Source: TPA_inf: Saccharomyces (Eukaryota). From it: a stretch of DNA of 64,000 bases. The stretch is from positions 576,001 through 640,000 of the forward strand of contig BK006949.2 of NCBI GenBank assembly GCA_000146045.2, in the 5' to 3' direction. A model generated the notes under the pieces. That model was not told where the DNA came from, searched no databases, and saw only the letters and a list, made by a program, of their open reading frames with translations. Both the position numbers and the translations under genes were made by a program. Positions 61,379 to 64,000 of the stretch are shown in pieces (within the stretch, counting starts at the first letter, position 1; each line of letters starts with the position of its first letter).

Positions 61379-63019
61379 TTATAATCCTTTAATTAAACGA
61401 GTGACCTCATTTAGACCATCTTCATGAATTTGTGATAACTTTTCTTGAACAATAGGAACAATGTCAGCCGCACTAACCAATTCACCATCATCATCGGCAA
61501 ATTCTTGGCCCAATCTTTTGACACGTAATTTACCTTCTAAGTACTCCTCCTTACCGAGGATTACGGCAATGTGACAACCCGCTTTTTCAGCAGCATCGAA
61601 TTGCTTCCTAGGATTAGCCTTGGCCTTATAGACATATTCAGCTTCAATGCCAGCATCCCATAATTGCTTAGTAACCTTCATTCTTTCGGGTAAATAACCA
61701 GTCCAGTCCTTACCACCACCAAAAGCCATAACGAACACCTGTGTAGCCGTTGGCTTTATAGTTGTAGAGGAATTAATTCTTTGTTTGATCAAAGAAAATA
61801 TTCTTTCAACACCAAATGAAATACCAACACATGGAATTTGAGTAGATTTTTTGCCGGAAGCTTCAGAGAACATGTTGACCAAATTATCATATCGACCACC
61901 GGCTGCAATAGAGCCGACACCAACGAATTCTGACGCGTCTTCTGCAGATTTGGCCTTCTTCTTCAATTCTGAAGCATTCTCTGGTGGAGCAGATGCAGAA
62001 GTAACAACTTCATAGATCAAACCTGTATAGTAATCCAAACCTCTTGCAAGAGAAAGATCAAAAGAGATGAATGAGTCAATGTCAAATGCTTCGGTATACT
62101 TCATCAAAGTAGCAATATCATCCAAACCTTGTTTAGCCTTTTCGTTTGAAGTAATGTTGGCATCTGCGGATAGAACAGCGTGAATTTCCTTCAAAGAACC
62201 ATTTAATTTAACATACTCACCGATTTTATCAGCAGTTTCTTCGGATTGACCTTTTTCTTCGGTCATTTCCTTCTTGACTGCTTCCCATGGAGATTTGTCC
62301 AACTTATCGACAGCAGAAGAGATTTTCCTCACATCCTCATCTTTAACACCAGCGATTTGGAAGATCCCATCAAGAATCTTCCTGTGATTCAATTTGATTT
62401 TGAAATCTTTGATTCCCAAACTGGTCAAACCTTCCACTAAAATGGACAAACATTCGGAATCAGGAACCATAGATTCGAATGTGCCTGCAACGTCAAAATC
62501 ACACTGGTAAAATTCTCTCATACGACCCTTAGTCATGGCTGGTTGGTCTCTTCTGTAGACTTTTGCAATGTGATACCTCTTGATACTCTGAATATTGTTC
62601 ATGGCAACGTACCTGGCAAAAGGAACGGTCAAATCGTAACGTAAAGAACATAATTCACCACCCTGGTCCTCCAAGTTGTAGATCAGTTTGGAGTCCTCAC
62701 CATACTTGCCTGCTAAAATTTCTCTTAACTCGAAAACAGGTGTGTCGATAGTGACACCACCATGCTTCTTGAATAGGCCAGATAAAGTGCTAAAAATGGC
62801 TTCTCTGATAACCATATCACTATCAGCCCAATCCTTCGTACCCTTAGGTGTTTTCAAAGACACTTGTAGTTTACCTTTCTTTGGAGCCTTTGAAGCTTTT
62901 AGAGCATTAGCAGCATTAGCAGTAGGAGCAGAAGTAGCAGCAGCGGTAGCGGATGACATCCTGATTATCGAAGACGACTTTATAGATGTGACTACTTTAT
63001 TTAGTGATCTACTAAGCAT
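61379..63019 (-). CDS. HTS1: HTS1 (YPR033C), histidyl-tRNA synthetase (mitochondrial and cytoplasmic isoforms), 546 aa
   Basis: Class II aaRS motifs. N-terminal presequence [20 protein letters not shown], then a second in-frame ATG (Met21, codon at 62957-62959) that initiates the cytosolic form. Confidence 0.95.
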   Translation of the reverse strand: MLSRSLNKVVTSIKSSSIIRMSSATAAATSAPTANAANALKASKAPKKGKLQVSLKTPKGTKDWADSDMVIREAIFSTLSGLFKKHGGVTIDTPVFELREILAGKYGEDSKLIYNLEDQGGELCSLRYDLTVPFARYVAMNNIQSIKRYHIAKVYRRDQPAMTKGRMREFYQCDFDVAGTFESMVPDSECLSILVEGLTSLGIKDFKIKLNHRKILDGIFQIAGVKDEDVRKISSAVDKLDKSPWEAVKKEMTEEKGQSEETADKIGEYVKLNGSLKEIHAVLSADANITSNEKAKQGLDDIATLMKYTEAFDIDSFISFDLSLARGLDYYTGLIYEVVTSASAPPENASELKKKAKSAEDASEFVGVGSIAAGGRYDNLVNMFSEASGKKSTQIPCVGISFGVERIFSLIKQRINSSTTIKPTATQVFVMAFGGGKDWTGYLPERMKVTKQLWDAGIEAEYVYKAKANPRKQFDAAEKAGCHIAVILGKEEYLEGKLRVKRLGQEFADDDGELVSAADIVPIVQEKLSQIHEDGLNEVTRLIKGL

Positions 63020-63524
63020 TAAGCAAGAGACGAGCAGAAAGGAACTATTCTAAAGTAACACATTGGGCCGTAAGACTCATTTAAAAGCCCGGTCGATCAA
63101 GGCCATAAGTCATCTTCGAGCTGGTTAGAATTGAAGAAAAAAAAAAACTTGATAAAAAATTTCAAACAAAAAAATTATCGCCTTACACGGAAACGAATAG
63201 ATTTACTTATTACACAAGAGAGAACAGTGATTATAAGGAAAGAAAGAGATATATACAATATTTCCATCAAAGACGTACGCATCACGGCGTTCATATAAGT
63301 ATATCATCGGCAAGTCTTCACACCTTTCAATACTTAGACTTGTTCACCTTGAGTGATCCTGAAAAAAAAAAATGATGGCCGCGTTTCGAAGAAAATAAAG
63401 AAAAAATAAAGCAAACCTCAAACAAGAAAACAAAGCGGAAAATGGTAAACAAGAGAGATAGAACAGAGTAGTAGGCTATTAGCAAAAGCGCGAGAATTAC
63501 TACATTATAAAGGATCTGTCAAGA

Positions 63525-64000
63525 ATGACATTGAATAGGAAGTGCGTAGTGATACATAACGGATCGCACAGAACGGTGGCTGGATTTAGTAACGTTGAAT
63601 TGCCACAATGCATTATACCCTCTAGCTATATTAAAAGAACAGATGAGGGGGGGGAAGCTGAGTTTATATTCGGAACCTACAATATGATAGACGCTGCGGC
63701 AGAAAAACGCAATGGTGACGAGGTGTATACATTGGTAGATAGCCAAGGGTTACCGTACAATTGGGACGCATTGGAGATGCAGTGGAGATATCTGTACGAC
63801 ACCCAATTGAAAGTTTCACCCGAGGAACTGCCACTGGTGATTACGATGCCTGCCACCAATGGTAAACCGGACATGGCCATATTAGAGCGCTACTATGAGC
63901 TGGCGTTCGACAAATTAAATGTACCAGTATTCCAGATTGTAATCGAGCCATTGGCAATTGCCCTATCCATGGGCAAGAGTTCTGCATTCGTGATTGATAT
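63525..64000 (+). CDS. ARP7: ARP7 (YPR034W), actin-related protein of SWI/SNF and RSC, 5' partial (first about 158 codons; runs off the window)
   Basis: MTLNRKCVVIHNGSHRTVAGFSNVELPQCIIPSSYIKR... with the ATG at 63525. The ORF continues past the window end. Confidence 0.9.
   Translation, partial: MTLNRKCVVIHNGSHRTVAGFSNVELPQCIIPSSYIKRTDEGGEAEFIFGTYNMIDAAAEKRNGDEVYTLVDSQGLPYNWDALEMQWRYLYDTQLKVSPEELPLVITMPATNGKPDMAILERYYELAFDKLNVPVFQIVIEPLAIALSMGKSSAFVID

Overview
This window is nuclear DNA from Saccharomyces cerevisiae, matching the right arm of chromosome XVI from SUT2 (YPR009W) through the 5' part of ARP7 (YPR034W). From memory the gene order and spacing fit chrXVI roughly 576,001-640,000; I could not verify this by a search. 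It contains 26 recognisable protein-coding genes, two nuclear tRNA genes and AT-rich intergenic promoters. The genes are SUT2, RPA135, YPR010C-A, YPR011C, CMR3, YPR015C, TIF6, DSS4, RLF2/CAC1, MCM4, ATP20, AGC1, SDD4/YPR022C, EAF3, YME1, CCL1, ATH1, YPR027C, YOP1, APL4, CSR2, NTO1, SRO7, HTS1 and partial ARP7. The tRNAs are tK(CUU) and an intron-containing tF(GAA). Two protein genes are spliced: YPR010C-A and YOP1. YPR010C-A is invisible in the supplied ORF track because both exons are short. The ORF track uses non-ATG (TTG) starts in places, for example SUT2 at 525 and SDD4 at 31321. I trimmed those genes to the first ATG, which matches the known protein lengths. I find no evidence of a previously undescribed system. 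This is a well-characterised core chromosomal region. Second-look items: the tandem CMR3/YPR015C zinc-finger paralogs flanking a 4.7-kb ORF desert; the spliced micro-gene; a double MCB palindrome upstream of RLF2; PAC/RRPE motifs upstream of RPA135 and TIF6; a CAG/CAA polyQ repeat in SDD4; dual translation starts in HTS1; and several long homopolymer tracts. I recognised no Ty LTRs next to the tRNA genes.
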